This document shows positions 48,003 through 56,800 of a DNA stretch of 64,000 bases, piece by piece; the stretch's first letter is position 1; each line of letters opens with the position of its first letter. The DNA lies in assembly GCA_026395995.1 (NCBI GenBank), contig JAPLXQ010000010.1, positions 2,587 to 66,586 on the forward strand, given 5' to 3'. A model generated the notes under the pieces. That model had not been told where the DNA came from and made no database searches. It saw only the letters and a program-made list of their open reading frames with translations. The DNA is from Candidatus Nomurabacteria bacterium (lineage in GTDB: Bacteria; Patescibacteriota; Minisyncoccia; Phycocordibacterales; UBA9973). The translations under genes and the position numbers were made by a program.

Positions 48003-48428
48003 ATGGCAAAGAAAATAACAAAGAAAATTAAATTACAAATTATGGGTGGCCGAGCAACTCCTGCTCCTCCTCTTGGTCCCGCCCTTGGACAGGCTGGTAT
48101 AAACATTGGTGATTTCGTTACCAAATTTAATGCCGCTACATCAAAGATGATGGGCGAAAAGGTAGGATGTATTGTGTCTGTTTACGAAGATCGTACTTAT
48201 GATTTCGTTATTAAGACTCCTCCTGCTACAGACCTTATCCTTAAGGCTGCCGGTGTAGAAAAAGGTTCAGGAAAGCCTAATACAGCTAAAGTCGGAAAGA
48301 TTACTCGTGCTCAGGCACTAGAAATCGGAAAGAAAAAAGCTGTTGACCTTAATGCTAAAGATGATGAAGGATTAATCGCTATTATCGCAGGATCAGCTAG
48401 ATCTGCTGGTATCGAAGTAAAAGGTTAA
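48003..48428 (+). CDS. rplK: 50S ribosomal protein L11
   Basis: ATPAPPLGPALGQ, KTPP. Confidence 0.97.
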   Translation: MAKKITKKIKLQIMGGRATPAPPLGPALGQAGINIGDFVTKFNAATSKMMGEKVGCIVSVYEDRTYDFVIKTPPATDLILKAAGVEKGSGKPNTAKVGKITRAQALEIGKKKAVDLNAKDDEGLIAIIAGSARSAGIEVKG

Positions 48429-48440
48429 TACTAAAATTTA

Positions 48441-48470
48441 AAAGAGCCCCGCCTTACGGCGGGGCTCTTT
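48441..48470 (+). terminator. intrinsic terminator after rplK
   Basis: aaagagccccgcc-ttac-ggcggggctcttt. Confidence 0.85.
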
Positions 48471-48534
48471 ACTTTTTGTGTTTGAAATGGTAATTTAAAA
48501 ATGAATTCATTGTTAAACTAAATAAATTTTTAAA

Positions 48535-49146
48535 ATGGAACTTATAAAAAGTATTGCATTTGATGCAGACGATACTATTATCTATACGTTAGAAATGTTG
48601 AATAATTTTTACAATGCTAAATATAATAAAAAATTTAGCATTGAGGACTATACTTCATACGATTTGTATAAAATATGGGGAGTTAGTTATGAACAAACAG
48701 TAGAAGATATTCGTATGTTTTATGACAGTGAATTTTATAGGAAGATTAAAACAACTACAGGTGCTCATGAAGCAGTAAGTTACTTGTCTAAAAAATATGA
48801 TCTTCATATTGTTACTTCACGAAGTAAAGATGCAGAAGAATATCTTAACTTTACTTTATCAAAATTATTTTTGCCAGATCATTTTTTGGATATACATTCG
48901 ATAGGTTATGGGCCGGATTCATCTATGTGTAAATGGGAGAAGTGTAAAGAAATAAATACACCAATACTTATAGATGACCATCATGGACATTTGATTTCTG
49001 CAGCAGAACAAGGAATACACGGAATATTAATTCCAGCACCTTGGAATAAAAACATTACAGGTCTACCAAAGGAAATTTTTCGTGTGAGAAATTTAAGTGA
49101 AGCAGTAGAGGTAATTGAAAAGAACCAAAAAATAATTTGGAAATAA
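48535..49146 (+). CDS. HAD-family 5'(3')-deoxyribonucleotidase-like protein
   Basis: FDADDT motif I, VTSR, K, IDD, PWN. Confidence 0.75.
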   Translation: MELIKSIAFDADDTIIYTLEMLNNFYNAKYNKKFSIEDYTSYDLYKIWGVSYEQTVEDIRMFYDSEFYRKIKTTTGAHEAVSYLSKKYDLHIVTSRSKDAEEYLNFTLSKLFLPDHFLDIHSIGYGPDSSMCKWEKCKEINTPILIDDHHGHLISAAEQGIHGILIPAPWNKNITGLPKEIFRVRNLSEAVEVIEKNQKIIWK

Positions 49147-49206
49147 TAAAAAGAGCCCTAGCATTAGGGCTCTTTTCTTTTACTTTTATTGTTGTATACT
49201 TTGCAT

Positions 49207-49695
49207 ATGTCAGAAAACTATAAAAGACCATCTTGGGACGAATACTTTTTAGAAATAATGGACACAGTAGCCAAGAGAGCTAGCTGTGATAGGGGACGCT
49301 CAGGCTGCGTTATTGTCAAAGATAATAGAATCCTTGCTACTGGGTATGTCGGTGCTCCGGCAGGAGTAAAAAGCTGTGATGATGCAGGACATGAAATGCA
49401 TACAGTAATCCATGCTGACGGTACTCAAACACAGCATTGTATTCGTACTGCTCATAATGAACAAAATGCTATTGTGCATGCTGCTCGTACCGGCGTCGCA
49501 CTTTTAGGTGGAACAATGTATTGTTATATGACTCCTTGTTATGCTTGTGCAAAGATGATTATTAATTCTGGGATTGTCAGAGTAGTAGCCAAGAAAGATT
49601 ATCATGCTGGAGAAAGATCAAAAGAAATATTTAAAGAAGCTGGAGTTAAATATGAACTTATAAATAATGAAGTCGAAAAATATACTAATCAATAA
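49207..49695 (+). CDS. dCMP deaminase
   Basis: RPSWDEYF, HNEQNA (HxE), PCYAC. Confidence 0.9.
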   Translation: MSENYKRPSWDEYFLEIMDTVAKRASCDRGRSGCVIVKDNRILATGYVGAPAGVKSCDDAGHEMHTVIHADGTQTQHCIRTAHNEQNAIVHAARTGVALLGGTMYCYMTPCYACAKMIINSGIVRVVAKKDYHAGERSKEIFKEAGVKYELINNEVEKYTNQ

Positions 49696-49705
49696 TTAAA
49701 ACTTT

Positions 49706-50038
49706 ATGTCTGTTGATCTAAAAGAATTACAAAAAGAGGTGATGAGGAATAAGATTGAAAAAGGTTTCAATACTACTGATGTAGCATTAGAATTTTGTCG
49801 AGCTCATGAAGAACTCTCAGAAGCTTTTTCAAAGTTTAATAAAAATCAAGACGGAGTAGCAGAAGAATTTGCTGATGTGGCTGTGTTCTTGCTCGGTATG
49901 TGTGAAATACTTGGTTATGATTTGGAAAAAGAATTGGTTCGAAAAATTGAAATAAATAAAAATCGTAAATATAAAAAAGCTAAATCTCCAGACGGTAAAG
50001 ATATTTTCATAAGAGAGAAAACAGACATAGATCCATAA
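49706..50038 (+). CDS. MazG-like NTP pyrophosphohydrolase
   Basis: EELSE...EEFADV motif. Confidence 0.8.
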   Translation: MSVDLKELQKEVMRNKIEKGFNTTDVALEFCRAHEELSEAFSKFNKNQDGVAEEFADVAVFLLGMCEILGYDLEKELVRKIEINKNRKYKKAKSPDGKDIFIREKTDIDP

Positions 50039-50071
50039 ATAATAAAAGGCCCCTTGTGGGGCCTTTTTAGA

Positions 50072-50569
50072 TTAAAATTTTATGTATTCTACAAATGAAT
50101 ACGACTTCTCATTCCTTTCGTCAGCATCGTATCTTTCACGATTTGTTTCTCCAAAAACTATTGGAATAATTTCCGGGAAAAATGCATCAGCGTCTTTGTC
50201 TGTCGCTTCTACATGAGTGATATATAGCTTGTCAGCAATTTTTATTGCTTCTCTGTATATTTGTTCACCGCCAGTAATAAAAGATTCTGTTACTGTTTCA
50301 TCTTGTCTAACTAGAGTGAGAGCATCTTCAAGTGAATGAACCACTTCGATGTCTGGAGCTGTATAGTCTACGTTACGAGTAATGACAATATTTCGTCTTT
50401 TTGGTAATGCTTTACCTAAAGATTCAAAGGTCTTGCGACCCATGATTATTGGATGTCCTGAAGTTATTTCTTGGAAATGTTTCAGGTCGGTCTTTAAACG
50501 CCATAGCAATTTATTATTTTTGCCGAGTTCGTTATTTTCACCTATAACTGCAATAATAGATATTTTCAT
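50072..50569 (-). CDS. folA: dihydrofolate reductase
   Basis: IIMGRKTFES, LPKRRNIVITR, GGEQIY, DAFFP. Confidence 0.95.
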   Translation of the reverse strand: MKISIIAVIGENNELGKNNKLLWRLKTDLKHFQEITSGHPIIMGRKTFESLGKALPKRRNIVITRNVDYTAPDIEVVHSLEDALTLVRQDETVTESFITGGEQIYREAIKIADKLYITHVEATDKDADAFFPEIIPIVFGETNRERYDADERNEKSYSFVEYIKF

Positions 50570-50572
50570 AAT

Positions 50573-51526
50573 TTATACAGCTATTGGTGCTTTAATCATC
50601 GGATGAGGGTCATATCCAATAAGCTCAAAATCTTCAAAGACAAAATCTTCTATATTTTTTACTTCAGGATTTATTTTCATTGTCGGCATGCTACGAATTT
50701 CATTTTTACGTGAAATCTGAAGGTTTGCTTGTTCAAGATGGTTTGAATATAAGTGTGTATCTCCACCAGTCCAAATAAATTCTCCGAGTTCAAGTCCAGT
50801 GACTTGTGCCATCATCATAGTAAGTAATGCATATGAAGCAATGTTGTAAGGTACACCTAAAAAGGTATCACAACTTCTTTGATATAACAGACAAGATAAT
50901 TTATTGTCAGCTACATAAAACTGGAATATACAATGACATGGTGGAAGACCACTTACAGCCATTGCATCTAAGTCAGCAACATTCCATGCAGATACTATCA
51001 TTCTTCGAGAATCAGGTTGTTTTTTTAATTGTTCAATGACAATTTTGATTTGATCGATATGTCCACCATTTGGTGTTGGCCAGTTCCTCCATTGGTAACC
51101 ATAGATTGGTCCAAGGTCTCCATTTTCTTTTGCAAAAACTGGATCAGTTTTTATTTTTTCTACATATTCTTTCAATCCAGTTTTCCATTCATCACTTTCT
51201 GTCTTTGGTACAGGGATACCATTTTTCTTCAAATATGCTTTGTATGGCCATTCGTCCCAAATACCTACACCGTTATCAGCTAGATATTTTAAGTTTGTAT
51301 CACCACGTAAGAACCAAATCAATTCATGAATGATTCCTTTCATGTGTACTTTTTTTGTTGTTAGGAGAGGGAAGCCATTTGCTAGATCGAATCGCATTTG
51401 ATATCCGAAGACACTTTTTGTACCTGTTCCTGTACGATCAGTTTTTGTCGCACCACTTTGTAAGATATGTTCCAATAATTTTAAATACTGGTTATCTACA
51501 TGATTGTTGTTATCCATATTTTCCAT
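50573..51526 (-). CDS. thyA: thymidylate synthase
   Basis: [32 protein letters not shown]; start reassigned to 51526. Confidence 0.97.
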   Translation of the reverse strand: MENMDNNNHVDNQYLKLLEHILQSGATKTDRTGTGTKSVFGYQMRFDLANGFPLLTTKKVHMKGIIHELIWFLRGDTNLKYLADNGVGIWDEWPYKAYLKKNGIPVPKTESDEWKTGLKEYVEKIKTDPVFAKENGDLGPIYGYQWRNWPTPNGGHIDQIKIVIEQLKKQPDSRRMIVSAWNVADLDAMAVSGLPPCHCIFQFYVADNKLSCLLYQRSCDTFLGVPYNIASYALLTMMMAQVTGLELGEFIWTGGDTHLYSNHLEQANLQISRKNEIRSMPTMKINPEVKNIEDFVFEDFELIGYDPHPMIKAPIAV

Positions 51527-51724
51527 TGTACTATATTTATTATAGTTAAGGTAATTATTTACTTTGAGTTTAGCATAATATAAATCTTTGTATATTTGAC
51601 AAAATAAGTACAAAATGCTATTCTTTTACTATCACTCTCATCTATTAAATAACGAGACTGAAACCTGTGGAAATCAATTATGACTTTTGTGTCGTGCGAT
51701 TGGTTACCATGACACAAAAATTAT

Positions 51725-53104
51725 ATGATAAAAACACGCAGTTTCGCGCGTCCGGCTTCGGCTCGACCGCATGCTCCTTCTGCTCGCCCAGCGAGAAGTG
51801 GAGCAGGTTACTCACATAGTGCACCACGTCACGCTAGTAGCGGGGCAGTTTCTCATCGTCCAGCAGCTAAACCAGCTTTTGGATCTAGACCTCATTCTGC
51901 TCCATCTGGAGGCAGAGCTTTTGGTAGTAACAGACCTAGTTTTAAAGGACGAGGTAATTTTGGACCAAAGAGAGGTGCAGGAGGAAAAAGATTTGGAGGA
52001 GAGAGAATAGATTATTCTCGCTTTATTAAAAAAGCAGTAAAAGTAGAAGAGAAGCCGTATGTTTCAAAACATACTTTTTCTGATTTTCCTTTTGATGCAG
52101 TTATTCAGAGAAATATCGCAAAGAAGGGTTACATTCATCCTCGCCCTATTCAAGACCAATCAATTCCTTCAGTTATTGCAGGTAAAGACGTTTTCGGTAT
52201 GGCAAATACAGGACAAGGAAAAACTGCAGCGTTCCTACTTCCACTTATAAATAAAGTAATGAAAAACAAAGAAGAGAAAGTCCTTGTACTTGCTCCTACT
52301 CGTGAACTTGCAATGCAAATTGAAGAAGACCTTCGCTCTATGGCATCTGGTTCAAAACTTTTCGGAGTTTGTGTCGTCGGTGGTATGCCAATCGATAAAC
52401 AAATTCGTGAAATAAAACACGGAGTATCTTTCGTTATCGGAACTCCAGGACGTGTAACTGATCTTATAAAAAGAAAAGTTCTCGACCTTGCTCCATACAA
52501 ATCTATCGTTCTCGATGAAGCTGACCGTATGCTAGATATGGGATTCCGCGATGATATGGTTTTCATTTTAGGAAAATGTGCAGAGCAAAGACAAACTCTT
52601 TTCTTCTCTGCTACTCTTTCTCCAGAAATTAAAAAACTTACAGAAAAATTCTTGAAAGATCCTATCTTTATATCTGTTATGACAGGGGAGACTTCAAAAA
52701 ATATTGATCAAGATGTTGTGAAATTTACTTCAAAAGAAGATCGTTTCGACAAACTTGTAGAAGTTTTGAAAAAAGATGGTTCTGATAAAGTTCTAATCTT
52801 CCGCGAAATGAAACATGCTTGTGATACTATTACAAAAGAACTTTCTGATGCTGGTTTCAAAGTTGGTTGTATTCATGGCGACAAACGTAGTCGTGATCGT
52901 ATCCGTACTTTGGATTTATTCAAGACTGATAAAATAAATATCCTTGTTGCGACAGACGTCGCAGCTCGTGGACTCGATATTCCCGATGTGACCCACGTCA
53001 TCAACTACGATATCCCGCAGACCTACGACACCTACGTCCACCGCATCGGCCGAACCGGTCGTGCTGACAAAAAAGGCAACGCGCTGACTTTCGTTCCGCA
53101 ATAA
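51725..53104 (+). CDS. DEAD-box RNA helicase
   Basis: TGQGKT, PTRELA, DEAD, SAT, ARGLD, HRIGRTGR; R/G/S/P-rich N-terminus. Confidence 0.95.
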   Translation: MIKTRSFARPASARPHAPSARPARSGAGYSHSAPRHASSGAVSHRPAAKPAFGSRPHSAPSGGRAFGSNRPSFKGRGNFGPKRGAGGKRFGGERIDYSRFIKKAVKVEEKPYVSKHTFSDFPFDAVIQRNIAKKGYIHPRPIQDQSIPSVIAGKDVFGMANTGQGKTAAFLLPLINKVMKNKEEKVLVLAPTRELAMQIEEDLRSMASGSKLFGVCVVGGMPIDKQIREIKHGVSFVIGTPGRVTDLIKRKVLDLAPYKSIVLDEADRMLDMGFRDDMVFILGKCAEQRQTLFFSATLSPEIKKLTEKFLKDPIFISVMTGETSKNIDQDVVKFTSKEDRFDKLVEVLKKDGSDKVLIFREMKHACDTITKELSDAGFKVGCIHGDKRSRDRIRTLDLFKTDKINILVATDVAARGLDIPDVTHVINYDIPQTYDTYVHRIGRTGRADKKGNALTFVPQ

Positions 53105-53168
53105 ATTTGACACTATTGTTATAGGTAGTATTATTAGCTTATTACTCAATTAAATAATATAAAAACAT

Positions 53169-53414
53169 ATGGACAACGTACCACACAATAAGCTATTTAG
53201 TGAAATGGACAAAGAAGAACTAAATAAAGCTGAAGAAATAATAAGAAAAAAATTAAAGCCTATGTCTACTGAATTTTATCAACTAGGTTTAATAAGTGAA
53301 CTTAACATGGAGTTTAAAGAAGCATTAGAGTACTACAAACAAGCATTGGCTTGTGATCCAAATAATAGTGTAGCAATTTTAAAAGTAAAAAACCTCGAGG
53401 AAAAATCAAAATAA
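53169..53414 (+). CDS. small TPR protein
   Basis: YQLG...A..YYKQAL..DP TPR pattern. Confidence 0.6.
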   Translation: MDNVPHNKLFSEMDKEELNKAEEIIRKKLKPMSTEFYQLGLISELNMEFKEALEYYKQALACDPNNSVAILKVKNLEEKSK

Positions 53415-53552
53415 GAAAAAAGAGTGGCATTGAGTCACTCTTTTTAGTCTAAAAATCCTGCTTTGCAAGCGGGATTTTTTTCATATATAATCAATCTGTG
53501 ATTTAATGAGCTCCAAAACTTTATTACTATTTAACTTTTAACTATTTTTACT

Positions 53553-54725
53553 ATGAAAGATACACAAATAAAAAAATTAATAACAGCAGAAGGTAAAAGA
53601 CAGAAAAGTGTTATTAATTTAATCGCCTCAGAAAATTATGTTTCCAAAGATGTTTTAGCGGCTCTCGGTTCAGTCCTTACAAATAAATATGCAGAAGGGT
53701 ATCCAGGACGAAGATATTATGGAGGAAATGAAATTATTGATAAAGTAGAAACTCTAGCTATCGATCGTGCGTTAAAACTTTTTAAATTAAAACCAGACGC
53801 ATGGCATGTGAATGTTCAGCTCCTTTCTGGAAGTCCTGCGAATTTTGCATTGTATTCTGCTCTCGTACCTATCGGTGGAAAAATAATGGGAATGAAATTA
53901 ACTTCTGGTGGACATCTCACACACGGACATCCACTTTCTATGACAGGTAAACTTTGGAAACCGATTCAATTCGAACTCGACCCAAAAACAGAAGTCATCG
54001 ATTATGATGCAATTGAAAAATTAGCAATACAAGAAAAGCCAGATATTATCGTCGCTGGTTTTACCGCATATCCACGCGTTGTTGATTTTAAAAAGTTTAG
54101 ATCTATCGCTGACAAATGCGGAGCATTATTACATATCGATATGTCTCACTTTGCAGGACTTGTCGCAGGGGGAGTGTATCCATCTCCATTTCCATATGCA
54201 GACAGTGTGATGACTACTACTCACAAATCTCTCCGTGGTCCGAGACAAGCAATTCTTTTTGTAAAAAAAGATGAACGTGGTTTTGATAAAAAATTAGATA
54301 AGATGGTAATACCTGGACTCTTTGGTGGTCCACATGAAAACAATATTGCCGGAGTTGCGATAGCACTCAAAGAAGCTGACACTCCAGCCTTTAAAAAATA
54401 CGCAAAACAAGTTATTAAAAATGCGCAAACATTAGCAAAAGAATTACAACGTTTAGGCTGGAAAATAGTTTCTGGTGGCACTGATTCACACTTGATATTG
54501 ATGGATACTTTTTCTTCAAATGGTGTTACAGGTAGTGATGCTAGTAAAAAGCTTGAAAAAGCAGGGATAATAGTAAATATGAATACTGTTCCAGGGGACA
54601 CACGTTCTGTTATGGATCCATCTGGTATTCGCCTAGGTACTTGTGCAGAAACAACAATAGGTAAAAAAGAAAAAGATATGATTAAAATAGCACAGAAGAT
54701 GGATAAAGTATTAAGAGGTAAATAA
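53553..54725 (+). CDS. glyA: serine hydroxymethyltransferase
   Basis: LIASEN, NKYAEGYPG, GGHLTHG, TTTHKSLRGP. Confidence 0.97.
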   Translation: MKDTQIKKLITAEGKRQKSVINLIASENYVSKDVLAALGSVLTNKYAEGYPGRRYYGGNEIIDKVETLAIDRALKLFKLKPDAWHVNVQLLSGSPANFALYSALVPIGGKIMGMKLTSGGHLTHGHPLSMTGKLWKPIQFELDPKTEVIDYDAIEKLAIQEKPDIIVAGFTAYPRVVDFKKFRSIADKCGALLHIDMSHFAGLVAGGVYPSPFPYADSVMTTTHKSLRGPRQAILFVKKDERGFDKKLDKMVIPGLFGGPHENNIAGVAIALKEADTPAFKKYAKQVIKNAQTLAKELQRLGWKIVSGGTDSHLILMDTFSSNGVTGSDASKKLEKAGIIVNMNTVPGDTRSVMDPSGIRLGTCAETTIGKKEKDMIKIAQKMDKVLRGK

Positions 54726-54728
54726 TTT

Positions 54729-55139
54729 ATGAAGATATTTATCTGCACAAGTAAACATTTATATAATCAGATTCCTCCTATAAAAGAATCTCTTGAAAAA
54801 AGTGGTCACATTATAACTTTACCAAATAGTCTTGATAATCCTTTGAAAGAGCAAGAAATGAAAACAGTAGGAACAGCAGAACATTCAAAATGGAAAGGAG
54901 AGATGCTTCGACTTCAAAAAGAAAAAGTTAACATGAATGATGCAATTTTAGTTTTAAATTTTGAAAAGAACGGACAGGCGAATTATATTGGAGGAGCTAC
55001 ATTTTTAGAAATTTACATGGCTTTTGAATTAGGTAAAAAGATATTTTTGTATAATCCAATTCCAGAAAGCTTTTTAAAAGATGAATTGCTGGGGATGAAC
55101 CCTTTTATTATTAATGGTGATTTAAGTTTAATAAAATAA
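54729..55139 (+). CDS. nucleoside 2-deoxyribosyltransferase-fold protein
   Basis: DAILVLN...YIGGATFLE...A...GKKI pattern. Confidence 0.6.
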   Translation: MKIFICTSKHLYNQIPPIKESLEKSGHIITLPNSLDNPLKEQEMKTVGTAEHSKWKGEMLRLQKEKVNMNDAILVLNFEKNGQANYIGGATFLEIYMAFELGKKIFLYNPIPESFLKDELLGMNPFIINGDLSLIK

Positions 55140-55143
55140 TTTT

Positions 55144-55833
55144 ATGAAAAAAGGAAAATTAATTGTAATAGACGGTACGGACGGAAGTGGAAAGGCGACA
55201 CAGGTAGAATTACTTCGTTTACGTTTAGTAAAAGAAGGCTATAAAGTAAAGACTGTAGATTTCCCGGAATACTATAAAAATTTCTTCGGCAACTTTATTG
55301 GTCACTGTTTGAGTGAGCAATATTTTAATTTTGTGAAAGTTCATCCTAAAATAGCTTCTGTCTTATATGCAGCCGATCGTTGGGAATCATCTGATCAAAT
55401 TGATGGGTGGTTGAAATCTGGGTGCATAGTTATTGCCAATAGATATGTTTCAGCTAATCAAATTCACCAGGGTGGAAAAATAACAAATGCTAAAAAAAGA
55501 AAAGACTTTTTACGTTGGCTGGATGATATGGAATATAGGGTTTTCGGTATACCGAGACCAGATGTAGTAATTTATTTGGAGGTTCCAATCAAGGTTACCC
55601 AAAAATTAATGATTGAACGTGATGCAAAAAACGCTAGACAGTATTTAAAGAAAAAGGGAGATGTTCACGAAAATGACCCAGTCTTTTTGGAAAATTCACG
55701 TAAGAGTGCATTGAAACTTATCAAAGAATTAAATAACTTTATAAAAATTTCTTGCGTAAAAGGTTTTAATATGAGAGCTAGAGAAGATATTCATGAAGAT
55801 GTATATTTAGAAATTAAAAAAGTTTTAAAATAA
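55144..55833 (+). CDS. tmk: thymidylate kinase
   Basis: DGTDGSGKATQ P-loop, NRY, PRPD. Confidence 0.9.
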   Translation: MKKGKLIVIDGTDGSGKATQVELLRLRLVKEGYKVKTVDFPEYYKNFFGNFIGHCLSEQYFNFVKVHPKIASVLYAADRWESSDQIDGWLKSGCIVIANRYVSANQIHQGGKITNAKKRKDFLRWLDDMEYRVFGIPRPDVVIYLEVPIKVTQKLMIERDAKNARQYLKKKGDVHENDPVFLENSRKSALKLIKELNNFIKISCVKGFNMRAREDIHEDVYLEIKKVLK

Positions 55834-55834
55834 T

Positions 55835-56245
55835 ATGAAAATATATTTTGCAGGATCAATACGAGGAGGAAGAGATGACAAAGATATTTATGCTGATATT
55901 ATTTCTTTACTGAAAAAATATGGCCCAGTACTGAGTGAACATATAGGCGACAAAAATCTTTCAAGTCAAGGTCAAACGTCAATGACGAATGAACAAATTT
56001 ATCAGAAAGATGTTAATTGGATTAATGAATCTGATATTATCATTGCTGAAGTTACAAACCCATCACTTGGTGTTGGTTATGAATTAGGCCTTGCTGAATC
56101 TCTTAAAAAGAAAATTATTGCCTTATACAGAGTAGTAGACGGTAAAAGGCTTTCCGCAATGGTAGCAGGAAATAGTAATATTACTTGTATAGAATATACC
56201 GAAGTTTCTGAATTAGATAAAATATTTGAAGAAATTTTTAAATAA
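55835..56245 (+). CDS. nucleoside 2-deoxyribosyltransferase / DNPH1-like N-hydrolase
   Basis: IYFAGSIRGGR, AEVTNPSLGVGYELG, LSAM. Confidence 0.85.
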   Translation: MKIYFAGSIRGGRDDKDIYADIISLLKKYGPVLSEHIGDKNLSSQGQTSMTNEQIYQKDVNWINESDIIIAEVTNPSLGVGYELGLAESLKKKIIALYRVVDGKRLSAMVAGNSNITCIEYTEVSELDKIFEEIFK

Positions 56246-56314
56246 TATTTATCGCTTAAAAAGCCCGAGTTATCTCGGGTTTTTATTTTTCTTATAATTA
56301 TGTACAATGAAAAC

Positions 56315-56737
56315 ATGCAGTTTAAGATCAAAAAATTGAAAGAAGGTGCGAAATTACCTAGTTATGCAAACCCGGGGGATGTGGGTATGGATTTGTATTC
56401 TATGGAAAATGTTACTTTGGCTCCTATGGAACATACTATTTTAAATCATGGTTTTGCTTTAGAATTCCCTGAAGGATACGGAGGTTTTGTTATGGACAAG
56501 GGAAGTATTTCAAAAGCAGGGCTCAAAGTTATGGGTGGGGTATATGATGCAGGGTATAGAGGCGAATACAATACACATCTGGTTAATTTGTCTGATAAAT
56601 CATATACTATCGAAGTAGGAGATAAAGTTTCTCAACTAGTCATCACTCCTGTCGTAATAGGCGAGATAGAGGAGGTGAATGAACTTTCAGAATCTGTTCG
56701 CGGAGAGGGTAGATATGGTTCAACTGGTAGAAAATAA
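56315..56737 (+). CDS. dut: dUTPase
   Basis: GMDL, GVYDAGYRGE, SQL, RGEGRYGSTG. Confidence 0.9.
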   Translation: MQFKIKKLKEGAKLPSYANPGDVGMDLYSMENVTLAPMEHTILNHGFALEFPEGYGGFVMDKGSISKAGLKVMGGVYDAGYRGEYNTHLVNLSDKSYTIEVGDKVSQLVITPVVIGEIEEVNELSESVRGEGRYGSTGRK

Positions 56738-56740
56738 GAT

Positions 56741-56776
56741 CTCACCCCCAACCCCTCTCCTTATAAAGGAGAGGGG
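56741..56776. repeat. GC-rich palindromic element, intergenic dut/argS
   Basis: ctcacccccaa-cccctctcctt-ata-aaggagagggg; very similar to the ruvA and RluA inserts. Confidence 0.85.
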
Positions 56777-56800
56777 CGCCGGGATGGAATACACAATATA

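Noticed and set aside
51686-51720. Riboswitch upstream of the DEAD-box helicase
   Set aside because: Only one hairpin (tttgtgtc/gacacaaa) and no recognisable aptamer; a structured UTR is possible but unsupported
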